From: Octopus vulgaris
Lineage: Eukaryota
DNA length: 64,000 bases
Direction: 5' to 3'
Assembly (NCBI GenBank): GCA_951406725.2
Contig: OX597835.1
Location: forward strand, 31,806,001-31,870,000
In this document: positions 24,858-38,334 of the stretch, one piece after another
How the letters are laid out: each line of letters opens with the position of its first letter
Position numbering within the stretch: the first letter of the stretch is position 1
Translations under genes and position numbers: made by a program
The notes under the pieces: model-generated
Databases searched by the model: none
What the model was told of the DNA's origin: nothing
What the model saw: only the letters and a program-made list of their open reading frames with translations

Positions 24858-25240
24858 TACTTAGCGGCAATTCGTCCGTCTTTAACTTTCTGAATTCAAA
24901 TTCTGCCGTGGTCGACTATGTCTTTCATCTTTCAGGAGTCACTAAAATAAGTACCAGCTGTGTTCGTAGTAACAGACTTAACTCTCTTCTAAAACTATTG
25001 GCCTAGTACCAAAATTTGAAACCAGTCTTCTATTCCGACATTAAGTCCTTGAGATGGCGAAATCGTTGGTAAGCTAGGTGAAATGCTTAGCGCCATTTCG
25101 TCCGTCTTCATGTTTTGAGTACAAATTCCGCCGAAATTGACTTTGCCTTTCATCTCTTCGGGGTCGATAATATAAACATCAGGTGAATGCTGGGGTCGAT
25201 GTAACTGATATTTCACTCCCCTTAATTTGCTGGTCCCTGT
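24858..25240 (+). mobile_element. two degenerate family C SINEs
   Basis: Similarity to other copies. Confidence 0.7.
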
Positions 25241-25509
25241 GTCATAATTTGAAACGAATATTGTGTTCCGTGACTATTTTTCAAACTAGTTTCTACAAGC
25301 AATTATTTGGCCACAGTAGTGTTTGGTGCCTGAAGCAAGCAAACACACATTCATGGTTTTTCCCAATTCACTAAACATATAAACTATACCGTTTTCTTGA
25401 AGGCTTGAGCCTTCAGCCGTCAAATACAATGCTGGCTCGGTTGGTCCACAAACTATCATTGCAATTCACCTAGTTAGGGCTTCTCCTGTCTTTTAAATTT
25501 TGGTATGTA

Positions 25510-25990
25510 TGTACAAGGTAGCTGGGAAGTACCTCCCTATTTTATAATACTTATAGATTATTTATTAACACTAATTTTTACAAAGGGAAAAATGGCTATG
25601 AGAGAAATCCTTTTTGTATGAGGTTTTATTTAAAATTCGATATGGATCCCAGATGTCGCCAACAGCTTCTTGAGTTTCCTAGCAACTGCGTCAACCGATT
25701 TCCCTTTGAGCTCTTGTGGGATGGATTAAAGGCATAACTCCGTGTATTCGCTCTTTAATTTTTTTCTAAAGTCTTTGGTTAGGTACAGTAGATTTGTTCC
25801 TTTAGCCAACCCCAAAGAAATAAATCACTGGGTGTAAAGTCAAGACTACTGGCTGTTTGCTCATGTGGACTATGATGAGTGACGCATCTCCCGGGGAAGT
25901 AAGCGTTAAAACCATTCACGAAAGACAAAAATAAAATGTGGCATGACAATCAAATCTTCAAAAATTTCCCAGTTCGGTCCTTTTTTCCAC
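25510..25990 (-). mobile_element. decayed Tc1/mariner-superfamily transposase C-terminal fragment
   Basis: - strand reads SLDFTPSDLFLWGWLKEQIY.T*PKTLE, resembling the SPDLTPxDFFLWGxLK motif. Confidence 0.65.
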
Positions 25991-26087
25991 ATAAAGAATG
26001 CAACATCGGTTGTCAGGTGATGATGGGTAACAAACACACATATACACATATATAAATATGTACGTACATGCGTATATACGTACTTAC

Positions 26088-26198
<111 letters not shown>

Positions 26199-26209
26199 CA
26201 TACATATAT

Positions 26210-26240
<31 letters not shown>

Positions 26241-26260
26241 GCGTATATATATATATATAT

Positions 26261-26583
26261 TGACTCTGGCCATGATGGAGCACCACCTTTAGTTGAGCAA
26301 ATCACTTATTCTTTGTAAGCCTAATACTTATTCTATCGCTCTCTTTTGCCGAACCGCTAAGTAACGGGGACGTAAACACACCAGCATCGGTTGTCAAGCG
26401 ATGTTGGGGGAACAAACACAAACACACAAACATATACACACACACATACATAATCCACTCACAAGGCTTTGGTCAGCCCGAGGCTATAATAGAAGACACC
26501 TGCCCAAGGTTCCACACAGTGGGACTGAACCCGGAACCATTTGGTTGGTAAGCAAGTTACTTACCACACAGCCACTCCTGCGT
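26261..26583 (-). mobile_element. SINE family B
   Basis: Homology to 45592-45995. Confidence 0.9.
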
Positions 26584-26600
26584 TATATATATATTTATAT

Positions 26601-26900
26601 ATCACTGTGATCACCCTGACCGACCAGGCTGGCACACATCGCTGGTCACAATGCGCTTCGCATTGTTTTAGCCTTCAAATGACGCCACTCCGCTGGCTAA
26701 GCGAGCAGGCCAACAGAAGAAAGAGTGAGAGAAAGTTGTGGCGAAAGAGTACAGCAGGGATCGCCACCCACCCCACCTGCCGGAGCGTCATGGAGCTTTA
26801 GGTGTTTTCGCTCAATAAACACTCACAACGCCCGATCTGGGAATCGAAACCGCAATGCTACGACCGCGATCCGCTGCCCTAGCCACTGGGCCATTGCACC

Positions 26901-26905
<5 letters not shown>
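26601..26905 (-). mobile_element. SINE family A (tail 1)
   Basis: Homology to 8931-9247. Confidence 0.9.
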
Positions 26906-26961
<56 letters not shown>

Positions 26962-27535
26962 CAATGTATATGCAATTGTACTTGTGAGAATATGTATATG
27001 CCTATATGTATGTATACATGTATATATGCGAGTGTGTGTGTTTTGTGCGTGTGTGTGTGTGTAATTCCTATTCATACATATATACTAAATATTTGATGTT
27101 TAACTATTCATTACCGCTTACTGATTTGCAATATCCGGATTTGGCGACTGTACGGTTTCTCTGTTCATATTTATGTAATTATGTTTCTTCATACACCTCC
27201 CTATAACTGCAACGCTGTCATCTTTCATATTTTATTTCCCATACGTGAGATTATTGTTTTTGTATATAGTCATTCCTACAGATACAATTGGTATATATAT
27301 ATCGTGGCTATTGTCTGTTTTTATAGAAGCCTGGTTTATTGTTGTTTTTGATTTCACGGCCTATACCGATCCACCCTGATTCAGGAATTCAGTAGACCTC
27401 TTACCAACCGTTTTCTATACACGTCTTCGCAAGGTTTTCAGTTGTAGTTTTAAGACAACGGTGTCGAATTTAAAATGTTCAGGTTGGAGTTAGTGGAAAC
27501 AAAATTCCACTTGCATTTGAAGCAGAAAAACAAAC

Positions 27536-27624
<89 letters not shown>

Positions 27625-27631
27625 ATCTATG

Positions 27632-27684
<53 letters not shown>

Positions 27685-27798
27685 TCTATAAACAAATTCA
27701 AATATATTTGTCTGTATATTACTAAGGGTGTGTGCCGTGAGTTTTTGTGCGTTTGTGTGCGTGCATGTATAGACACAAGACCGTATATATATACGTAC

Positions 27799-27837
<39 letters not shown>

Positions 27838-27844
<7 letters not shown>

Positions 27845-27979
27845 ATCATCATATATAGACGTATGCATATATGTATATATGTGTGTGTGTATGTACATGT
27901 ATATATATATATATATATACATGTACATACACACACACACATATATACATATATGCATACGTCTATATATGATGATAGA

Positions 27980-27983
<4 letters not shown>
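27838..27983. repeat. near-perfect palindrome centred on (TA)n
   Basis: TGTCTCTATCATCATATATAGACGTATGC... mirrored by ...GCATACGTCTATATATGATGATAGAGACA. Confidence 0.9.
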
Positions 27984-28023
<40 letters not shown>

Positions 28024-28079
28024 GTATGTGTGTAAGTATGTATGTGTGTGTGTCTATATACACACGTATATATATATAC

Positions 28080-28870
28080 AACCTGACTTACGCAATTTGT
28101 CCGTATGGACTGTCACACTGAAGATCTACGGACAAATTGCCTAAGTAAAATTACGTATTCTGCTAATATTGAAACATATATGTGAATAATCTATATTTTG
28201 TTGCTTTCCGTTTGTCTTGCTGCTTACGTTCTGGTGTTTGCTAATTTTTTCTTGAGAACATTTCTTAATGGTAAGACTATAGCAGATCTTCTAGCATAAG
28301 GGTTGTCTACGTAGTGGTCATACCTCTCATATGTATATAATACAATTTACTGAACCTTCAGATTTTAATATACTAGACCACTGGTGTTAAATGGATATTA
28401 ATTATATTAATATCCAATTATCACCCTCATTTTAAATTTAAATTTAAATTAATACGTTCTCTAACCGGAAAAACCACTGCAGTAAATTCTTTTCTGCAGT
28501 ATTATTTTCCTGTAATTTAGCGCGTCAAAACGAGAACATTTGAAAAGTAACTACATGTGTAATAGGTAGAACTAGATATAAATCTGACCTCATGCAGGCG
28601 TCCTCATATATAGTCCTGCAAATTATATTTGTATGGACGGTCACACTGAAGATCTACAGACAAATTGCGTAATTTAAATTACGTAATCTGTTAATACTGA
28701 AACATGTATGTAAATAATCAATATTTTGTTCCTTTTTATTTGTCTTGCTCGCTTACGTTCTGGTGTTTGCTAAATTTTTCTTTAGAACATTTCTCAGTGG
28801 TAAGACCATAGCGGAAATACCTCTAGCATAAGGGTTGTCCACATAGTGGTCATTCCTCTCATATATAAAC
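28080..28870 (+). mobile_element. two direct copies of a Penelope pLTR-like unit, each with a long-stem-II hammerhead motif (28114-28184, 28642-28712)
   Basis: CACA-CTGAAGA-[about 46 nt]-GAAA-CAT(A/G)-TA-TGT(G/A). Third partial copy at 58385-58530. Confidence 0.65.
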
Positions 28871-29039
28871 AATATTTATATACAACAGGCTTGGTTGAGT
28901 TTCCATCTAACAAATCCACTCACAAAACTTTGTAGAAGATACTTGCCCAAGTTGCCACGCAGTCAAATTTAACCCGGAGCTATGTGAATGGCAATGAGCT
29001 CCTTTCTGCGTAGCCACTCCAGTATGTATGTATGTCTCT

Positions 29040-29690
29040 CTCTATCTATCCGCTCAGTCGAAGTCGACTATCGGTTACTCGTTGGTTCAGTGTCCTCCAG
29101 TCAGTTCTATCCTGGGCTGCTTCTTTCAGATTGGCTATGTCCATTCCGGTATCACTCTTGATGGTGTCAAGCCAGCGGGTTCTTGGTCGGCCTCTTCCTC
29201 TCTTGCCACTGACCATTCCGAGCATGATGTCCTTCTCCAGGGATTTTCTCCGCATAATATGACCGAAATATGCCAATCTATGCTTAGTGATCCTAGCTTC
29301 TAGCGACATTTTCGGCCTGATCTGCTTAAGAACTTCTCCATTGGTGAGCCTCGCTGTCCATGGAATCCGTAAAATCTTCTCCAACACCAAAGCTCGAATG
29401 CATTAATTCTCTTCTGGTCAGCTTTCTTTAGTGTTCAGGTCTCGCATCCATATGTTGCTACTGGGAAGACAATTGCATTCACCAATCTGCATTTGGTAGC
29501 GAGTCTGATGTCTCTACTCTTCCAGACCCTGCTCATACTAACCATTGCCTCTCTGCCTAGTACTATCCGCCGTCTTATTTCTGGAGTGCAGTCACCATCT
29601 CGATTTATTTTGGAGCCAAGGAAGATGAAATCATCAACCACTTCGATCTCTTCATTATCGATGTTGATGCTGATGTTTCTTGATTTAATA
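29040..29690 (-). mobile_element. RTE-clade (BovB-like) LINE 3' fragment
   Basis: IEVVDDFIFLGSKI..EIRRRI.LGR, VFPVATYGCE, ILRIPWTARLTN, YFGHIMRR..LEKDIMLG.V.GKRGRGRPRTRWLD. One stop and one frameshift. Confidence 0.92.
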
Positions 29691-29713
29691 GCATACACCG
29701 GTACGCATGTATG

Positions 29714-29768
<55 letters not shown>

Positions 29769-30579
29769 TTTAATATGTAATACGCGAAGAAAGATAAACA
29801 TGCTAACGTGTATGTTCGTGAAAAGCATTCTTTGTTTCTGCTACTTCTTTTTTCACTATCAGTATATATCTTAATATCATAGCTTATATCTCTGTCTTTC
29901 TGGCTCCCAATCTCTCTGTCCTTCTCACTGTCTCTTTCCATGAGTCCCTGTCTGTCTCTGCCTCTGTATTTCTCTCCCTCTTTCCCTACTCTCTCTTTCT
30001 CTTGAAATACATGTTCCTACCACATAAAATGTGCATTACATTCGTGCTGGTTTCCCGGTGCATATAACCAGGATGTGTACAACGATTGGTTTTATTACTA
30101 ATATTGGCACAATTCTATCGATAATGGCAAGGGATTTAGCCAACTTTATTGAAAATACCTTGTCTGGTATTTATTTATCCAATCAAAGAAAATAAACGCT
30201 GAAGTTATCCACGTTGGGGTTTCAAATTCACAACTGAAGTTGACTTAACTAAGCTAGTGCAAATCATTAAATTTCCTTACTGCATTCTGCCTTCGTTCTC
30301 AGCCTTGATTGATAGCATGTGTTGCTTGAGGTGTCGTTGCAGCTTCAGCAATTTCTAATCCAGCACAACATCTTTGCCCTGAATTGTAATCTATGTGGTT
30401 GAGTATTTTATATATGGTTGTAATTCTAACGTAATGATCAGTGTTAAGTTGTGTGTAACAAAGCTTGACTCTGATTCACAGTTAAAATATATTATATATC
30501 AAATTGCCGTGTTAGTGGTTGAGTACTGCATAGATATGTATCCACTTAACTTAGTGTTAATACGTGCGATTGATAAAAG

Positions 30580-30960
30580 GAGGCTGGCAGACTCTTTAGC
30601 ACGCCGAAGAAAATGCTTAGCGGCATTTAGTCCGTCCTTACGTTCTAAGTTCGTGTTCCGTCGAGGTCGAAGTTGCCTTTCATTTTCGTGGACGATGAAA
30701 TAGCTAAGCGTTGAGCACTAGGGTCGATATAACCGGCTTAGGACCTTCCAAGAAATTGCTGGCCTAGGGCAAAAAATTGCAACCGGTATATGTGACTGGA
30801 AAAAAGAGGTGAGTTGGCAGAATCGTTAGCACACCGGGAAAATTGCTTAGCAACGTTCCGTTCGTCGTTACGTTCTGAATACAAATTCTGCCGAGTTCGA
30901 TATTGGTTTTCATCCTTACGTGGTCGATAAAATAAATGCCAGTTAAGACACTGGTGCATG
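30580..30960 (+). mobile_element. two degenerate family C SINEs
   Basis: Similarity to other copies. Confidence 0.7.
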
Positions 30961-31819
30961 ACTTGCAGCCATGGACGGTGTATTAGGCTTCTATACATGT
31001 TATAATCATCATTGCTCGTCTTACTCATACGCATAAATTCATTTTTATATTTTCCGAACTTGTGACAGTATATGATAAATTCGACTCCTTCAATTAAAAG
31101 TAGATTCGCTGTTTAATATTTTCTGTTCGCCTATCTACATACATAAAAGTTAGGTTGCTAGGCCTATGGACGATGACCCTCACTAACTGTTTCTTACAGT
31201 AAATTAGATGTTGATACAATAAAAATACGTTTGCAGTGTAGATTTTGTAATCATTGACTCCTCATTATATTATCAATTCAACAAGCAAAATCACAAAAAA
31301 CGAAAAACACTAGTCTTTACGAGTTTCATAACCACATTATATTTTAATTTAAAGTCATACTATTTTTTAATCGTTGATATTGATAAGGCACTGAAGAAAA
31401 CCTAGGCATCATACCTTTATTTATATTTTTATTTTTTATTTTATTTTCTGGTCAAAATTTGCTTGGATTCATTTAGTAAACAGAAAACGCCTGCCCATCT
31501 GAGCATTGCTGAAATTTTCTAAAGGTAAAACCATTCTACGGATTTTATATTAATGGCTATAATTTGTCTAGGATTATATGAACCTGTACATTAATTTAAC
31601 GCTTTGGTATAAGAGAACCATATCTTGGAAATGGGAAAATTGGATTTAAATCACAAAGAAAAATAAATGTTGTTTCTGGTTTAAAATCAGACGCAGAGGT
31701 TAGTAAAAGACAGTGCTAAGATGTTTGAAAATCAAATCAAAAAGCCAGATTCATTAACTTCATTTTGGTTTTGTGCCTATCATTATTTATGGGAAAAAAT
31801 GTTGTGCAGTGACTGAAAG

Positions 31820-32170
31820 TGCATGATCACGATTACAAGTAGCTGAAATGGGTTTCCTCCGAAGAGTCTCTACAGTAAAATGCTCGTCATGATATGTAGC
31901 TCGAAGATTAGCAAGTCTCTCCAGGATTAGTCGCTAATTCTCCATATCGAGAGATCACAGCTCCCGTGCTTCGCATATGTGATTATAATGTTGGAGCAAA
32001 GAATCACAAGACGGATTCTTCATGCCAAAACAACGCACAGAAAACTTAGGAACAGACCGAGAACGAGATGGTTGGAAAATGTCACTTAGCAACGTTTGGG
32101 AATCCAGGACAAAAGTCTAATGACAGATGCTTCTGATGGGACCCTATGGAGGAAGTACCTAAAGACCCTA
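31820..32170 (+). mobile_element. old RTE (Expander/Rex3-like) LINE 3' remnant
   Basis: Reads RLQVAEMGFLRRVS, HIERSQL, RPRTRWLENV across frameshifts. Confidence 0.7.
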
Positions 32171-33063
32171 TGGAGGGACATATAGAAGACACAATGGAGG
32201 GTAGCTGAGGGCCCTAATAGAGCGGGTACCCGAGTACTCTTCCCCACGAATATCTCCTCTCCAAACTACTGGAAGAAGATGATGTATGGATCGATCGAAT
32301 ATATTACAATTTGTGCCAGTGAAGCTTTTAATCAGTTCTGTCACAGTGCCCAGCTTATACATTTATTAAATGGAGAAGTTTAATCCACATATCAGACTTA
32401 TCAATACAATATTCGATTATGTTATCAAGCTATGTTATCAAAATATCAACAATATAAGTCAAAATCAATTTATGTGTAATTTGAACCCAGCACGAAAACA
32501 AATGTTTTCTAAATCAGTCAATATATTTCTTCGTCCGAAGCTCCATCGATTTTGCCATTCAAAACCTTCATTTATTATTTATTTATTTATTGCTTGAAAT
32601 TAAATCTCTAATAAGATGTGATGATGCCTGTACTAGGATTGACAAAAAACTCCCTACCACAAAAGAAATCAATCCCTACAAAAAGCAAACAAATTGTCTA
32701 ACTCAGAAAGTTTATATAATTCATTAACAATACATAAAGACAATTCAGACAACAGTGCAGATAATAATCAATTCAGAGTACATGAGAACTAGAGATATCT
32801 AGGGATACCTAGAGACATCCATATAGATTGTATATATATATATACGGTTTCAATGACATAAGCAGTAATTATTTTGGAGAGTCTATTGTATTAATATAAT
32901 TTGTACTGCATATGTGTGTAACATGTCTGACTAGTGAGGTAAATGACGACTCATAAACAATTATCACTACCTTACAAGATAGATACAAAAAGAGATGGTA
33001 AACAGAGATAGATAGATAGATAGGTAGGTAGATAGATAGAAAGAAAGATAGATAGATAAATAA

Positions 33064-33139
<76 letters not shown>

Positions 33140-33140
<1 letters not shown>

Positions 33141-34115
33141 AAGCTAAGTTTCTTTATTGGCCACACAGGGCTGCACACAGATGGGACAAGTTACAAGGTA
33201 GAACTTTTCTTTTCGGGGAGAAAAAAAGGTGGCGTAGGTTTTCGATCAAAAGGGATCGTAAAAGGGAAAAAAGAACAAAAAAAAAGAAAAAAAGAAAAAA
33301 GGGAAAAGGAACAAAAGAAAAGAATAAAGAAAAAAGAAGAAAATAGAGGAAAAAATGGGAAGAGGAAAAAACCGATCAATAGGGATCGTGTATCACAGTG
33401 TCATGATATATGGTGTAAAGGGGAAAACAAGTAAGGTTTATCCGTGGGAAGAAAAGCCTACGAAAAAGACCACGGTAACCTTGGTCAATATTGTTATATG
33501 CTACCACATTTGTTTGCAAGTGGGTAACCCTCTGTTTTCAATTTCTGGGTTCATAGGATTATGCTCAAGGTGGCTTCGTCATTCATACGTGCCATCCTTG
33601 CTACATTCACACATCTTTTTTAAAACGTTCGCTAGACAAAACTTGCCTCTCTACTCTCACTTTCCTTTTCAAGTGGTACTTGAAGAAGTTGATGAGAGAT
33701 TGACCAGAGAGGAAAGTGTTTGTCTCCAATCCTTTGAGACGCGTCCACCAGATACATTCTTTCGCCATAGCCACAAGGATGATGAAAATAGCTCTTCCTT
33801 CCCGTTTGAAGGAAGGAGGCATGACAATATTGACGATAGACTCAGCTGATAAACCGACTCGTCCCACACGTGACAGCAGTTGTTCGACAGGTCGGGGATT
33901 GTTGGACACTGCACGAGTGCGTGCAGAACGGTTTCGTCGCTCTGACCGCATCTCGGGCAGGTCGGCCCCGTGTTTCTCGAGCCGTGTCTGTAGAGCTTAT
34001 CCCGAACGGGTAGCGCTTCTCGGTAGCACTGCCAGGCCAGGGATCTCTGGAAGTTGTCCATGGGCCCTGGCCCGAAAGTCGTCCCGAACAGGCGGGTCAG
34101 GTATTCCTCGCCTGA
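33140..34115 (-). mobile_element. Tx1/L1-clade LINE 3' fragment
   Basis: LAWQCYREALPVRDKL..CPRCGQSDETVLHALVQC (CCHC), then a 3' UTR with AATAAA followed by (TATC)n. Confidence 0.85.
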
Positions 34116-34344
34116 CTGATTGATGTACCTTCTTGTACCTACATCAGTGACTAGCATTATTACCAGCGCAGTGAACATCTTAGGTAGTTTGAGAGTATCT
34201 AGATTAATTGCATCGAAATCTGGCTGTGTTGATATCAAAACGATATTAGCAGCTAGACTGTTTGGAGGAGGTTCAAAAAGCATTGCAGAAAAATATAATA
34301 TTGTAAGTGCAAAGACTCAAGACTTTTTCAATCTAACGTAGTCT

Positions 34345-34650
34345 TGTTGCTAGATCCTTCTCGAGCAATGCCTGGCTCATAAGGGCCGGTTTACCGGATT
34401 CTTGGCGTATAGGTTCCCCACCTGGACGGGACGCCGGTCCATCGCAGGTGAGCTGCAAGATGCAGGAGGGAAGAGAGAGAGAAAGTTGTGGCGAAAGTGT
34501 CAGCAGAAGTTCGCCATTACCTTCTACCGGAACCGCGTGGAGCTTAGGTGTTTTCGCTCATAAACACACACAACACCCGGTCTGAGATTCGAACCCGCGA
34601 TCTCTCGACCGCGAGTCCGCTGCTCTAACCACCAGGCCATGTGCCTCCAC
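34345..34650 (-). mobile_element. SINE, family A-type head with Meta-domain-like tail; 15-bp TSD
   Basis: TSD aatctaacgtagtct at 34330-34344 and 34651-34665. CCTGCGATGGACCGGCGTCCCGTCCAGG block. Second copy at 51565-51856. Confidence 0.9.
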
Positions 34651-35459
34651 AATCTAACGTAGTCTAGAAGTCTTCAGAGTTTTGAAGAAGATAACCTGAT
34701 ATACCGTCCTGTAATACTTGAACTAGTAAAATGAACTGGTTGGGCTGCGACAAAATTGAAGATTCCTGAATGTAGCTTGATTTGGCAACACTGACACAAA
34801 ACTTTACTTGGTGGCATAACAGAAGTATGAGTCGTTCCTGAAATTTTCTGGTTTTGTTTAGTAATTCTCTCTCACAGAAAGTGATACTGATTGTGCAAGA
34901 GCCAAAAATCCACACTGAGATATCAGGAAGAACTTACTTTGCAAAGAAGAACTGTAGCAAAATTCATTCTTGCAACAGGCAATATTGATATTCCATAATA
35001 ATTCACACGATATTTTCTTTTACGTTCTTGAGATTGTGGTAATAACTATATATATAAACTCACTTCGCATTGAGCTGTCTTCTCATATTCTCAGGATAAG
35101 ATTGAGAAGTTTGGTTTTGAGAGGTGGTCACTTTCAGAAATACAAATGACATACTCTCTGGATCTGGAGATTTTCGCGATTTCGTTCTGCTCAGGGCACA
35201 TACATATTCACGAAATGAAATTTGTCAATTCAATTCCACCATGACAGCTTTAAGATGAATTCTGAAGGAACATTCTCAAGAAATCTTTATTAGAAATCTA
35301 CACTTGGTGAGTTCCGACTCGGCTGTGAGGTGCCATGAATAGTATGAAATCGTGAAAAACCTCCATATCGCATTGTCTACCTAGACATATTCGTTTACGA
35401 AGCGTTCTATAGAAAATCTGTGGTGATAACTTTGAAAAAAGATATATATATTTTAAAGG

Positions 35460-35767
35460 AGAACTCCCTCGATTACGACGAAGGTCCCAGCTGATACGAT
35501 CAACGGAACAGCTTGCACGTGAAATTAACATGCAATTGGATGAGTACTCCACAGACATGCGTACAATTACCGTAGTCCTCAGGGAGATTCAGCATGACTC
35601 AGAGTGTGACAAGGCTGCCCCTTTGAAATACAGTTACTACTCATTTTAACCAGCTGAGTGGACTGGAGCAACGTGAAATAAAGTGCCTTGCTCAAGGAAA
35701 CAAAGCGTCGGCGGAAATTGATCTCACGACCTTACGATCGTGAGCCGAATGTCACTAAGCCACGCGC

Positions 35768-35770
<3 letters not shown>
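35460..35770 (-). mobile_element. SINE family D head with tail 2
   Basis: CCTTGAGCAAGGCACTTTATTTCACG core; tail shared with 61565-61760. Confidence 0.85.
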
Positions 35771-35809
<39 letters not shown>

Positions 35810-35812
<3 letters not shown>

Positions 35813-36866
35813 ATTTGCTAGTTTTATTGTCTTTTTAAATTGATATTTGCTAGTTTTATTATTCCCATTGATAAATATACTTATAGTATTTATTTGATAC
35901 TATATAACTACGAATTGATTATTTCTTTAAGTATTTTAAATATAAGATTTCTGAAAGTTATTATTTAGCCAACGAATATAAAGATAATTAATTTGCTATA
36001 GCGTTTGTTTAATATTGTTTGTTTGTTTTTGAAATTAGCTATTTCGTCTTTAAATATGAAAAATTAATTTATTAGGTCTTTATTATATGTGCATATATAT
36101 TTATTTATAGAGATTATTTTAGATCTTAACTATAATATTTATATACATTTTTATATTTTCATTGATAATTTATATATTATTTAAATTTTACATTTTTAAT
36201 AATATAATAGTTTTTTTTTGTAAACTATTTATGTAATTATATATTGACTATTACCGAAATTAGATCATTGGTGGGTCTCTTACCTTAAAAATTAATACTT
36301 AAAAATTAAAATTAATATTTAACATTATAATCGATGCTTTGATATAATCATAATCGTTAAGTTTCTAGTTTGATAATAGAGTTTTTTATAAGTAAAATTA
36401 TTATATTATTTATTTCTTAAAAATATTATTTAAATATTTCTGATTACTTATTAAAATATTACAATTAACCTGAAGATTGACTGTAACCATAATTCGAATT
36501 ATTAATTGAATTTAAATTATTTTTATTCGAATTGGTTACGGACATGAAACGATCGTAGTGTTTTTACTCTTTATCTTATATTAAACTTTTAATACTTTTT
36601 GATAGTTATATAATTAAAAAATAAATAGATAAATAAAATAAAATAAAATAATAATAATAAATATATATATATATATATTTAAAATTTATAAGTTTAAATT
36701 CTTTAAATAATTTTTTAAATTTTAACTTTAATTTAAATATTTTAATTTGGAATTTTATATTTTTTATATTTTATATTTTATATTTTTTTTATTAATTTTG
36801 TTTCTAGGTATTTGGTTATGATTTTCACTGTTGGATTTGCCTAATAGTGGTTTTATCTCTAATTTA

Positions 36867-36870
<4 letters not shown>
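35810..36870 (+). mobile_element. extremely AT-rich Penelope-derived element with hammerhead motif (36466-36562)
   Basis: TA-flanked. CTGAAGA-[long hairpin]-GAAA-CGATCG-TA. The 3' end TAGTGGTTTTATCTCTAATT is shared with 38780-38850 (-) and 62040-62100. Confidence 0.6.
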
Positions 36871-36907
<37 letters not shown>

Positions 36908-36917
36908 TATTCTATTC

Positions 36918-37314
36918 TTTTAATTGTTTCAGTCATTTGACTGCGGCCATGCTGGAGCACCGCCTTTAATCGAGCAAATCGACCCCGGGACTTATACTTT
37001 TGTAAGCCCAGTACTTATTCTATCGGTCTCTTTTGCCGAACCGCTAAGTAACGGAGACATAAACACACCAGCATCGGTTGTCAAGCAATGCTAGGAGGAC
37101 AAACACAGACACAAACATACACACGCATATATATATATATATACATATATACGACGGGCTTCTTTCAGTTTCCGTCTGCCAAATCCACTCACAAGGCTTT
37201 GGTCGGCCCGAGGCTATAGTAGAAGACATTTGCCCAAGGTGCCACGCAGTGGGACTGAACCCGGAACCATATGGTTGGTAAACAAGCTACCTACCACACA
37301 GCCACTCCTGCGCC

Positions 37315-37315
<1 letters not shown>
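36918..37315 (-). mobile_element. SINE family B, full length
   Basis: Homology to 45592-45995. Confidence 0.92.
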
Positions 37316-37360
<45 letters not shown>

Positions 37361-37406
37361 ATAAATATATATATATATATATATATTGGACGAATATTAT
37401 GTACGT

Positions 37407-37542
<136 letters not shown>

Positions 37543-37711
37543 CATGCATACATACAGACATACATACATGTATTTGAAATGAAAAACAATAATCACATAT
37601 ATAATTATTGATTCTGATTACAAAATAGCAAACATGAAACTATCATGAATGGAATATTTAATTACCATAGAATCAAACATACATATATGTATATATTTAT
37701 ATATGTATGTG

Positions 37712-37806
<95 letters not shown>

Positions 37807-38334
37807 AATAATTATGGTTTATGTGAATGCATGTATATACTTATTGTTAGAGAAATGTTTAAAAAAATAAAATATTTTCTTTTTATTTAATTTTCATTTC
37901 AATTATATTTAGAAACGAAACCGGATTTTATACAAAGTATTTCAGTTTATGGTGTTATGCAGCAAATTAGAAAACAATATTCTACTCATAATTATGTTAC
38001 CAAAAATAAATCATTAGAAGAACCATATTTTTTTGTGTGTGTAATTACCATATAATTTTTTATTTTAATTCAATTTCATTTTCGTTTTATATTTTTCTTG
38101 CGGAAGCTGAGAAACTGAAAACGTGTCGATATGTTTCGAAACAAAAGCACAAATAATATACAATCCCAACATACACCCGTTCACATACAAACATACACAT
38201 ACACACACTCACACACAGAAACATACACATATGAATGTATACAAGTATGTATGTATGTATGTATGTATGTATGTATGTTTGTGTCTATGTTTTGATATTT
38301 ATATGTGTGTATCTATTGATATATGTATGTACGA

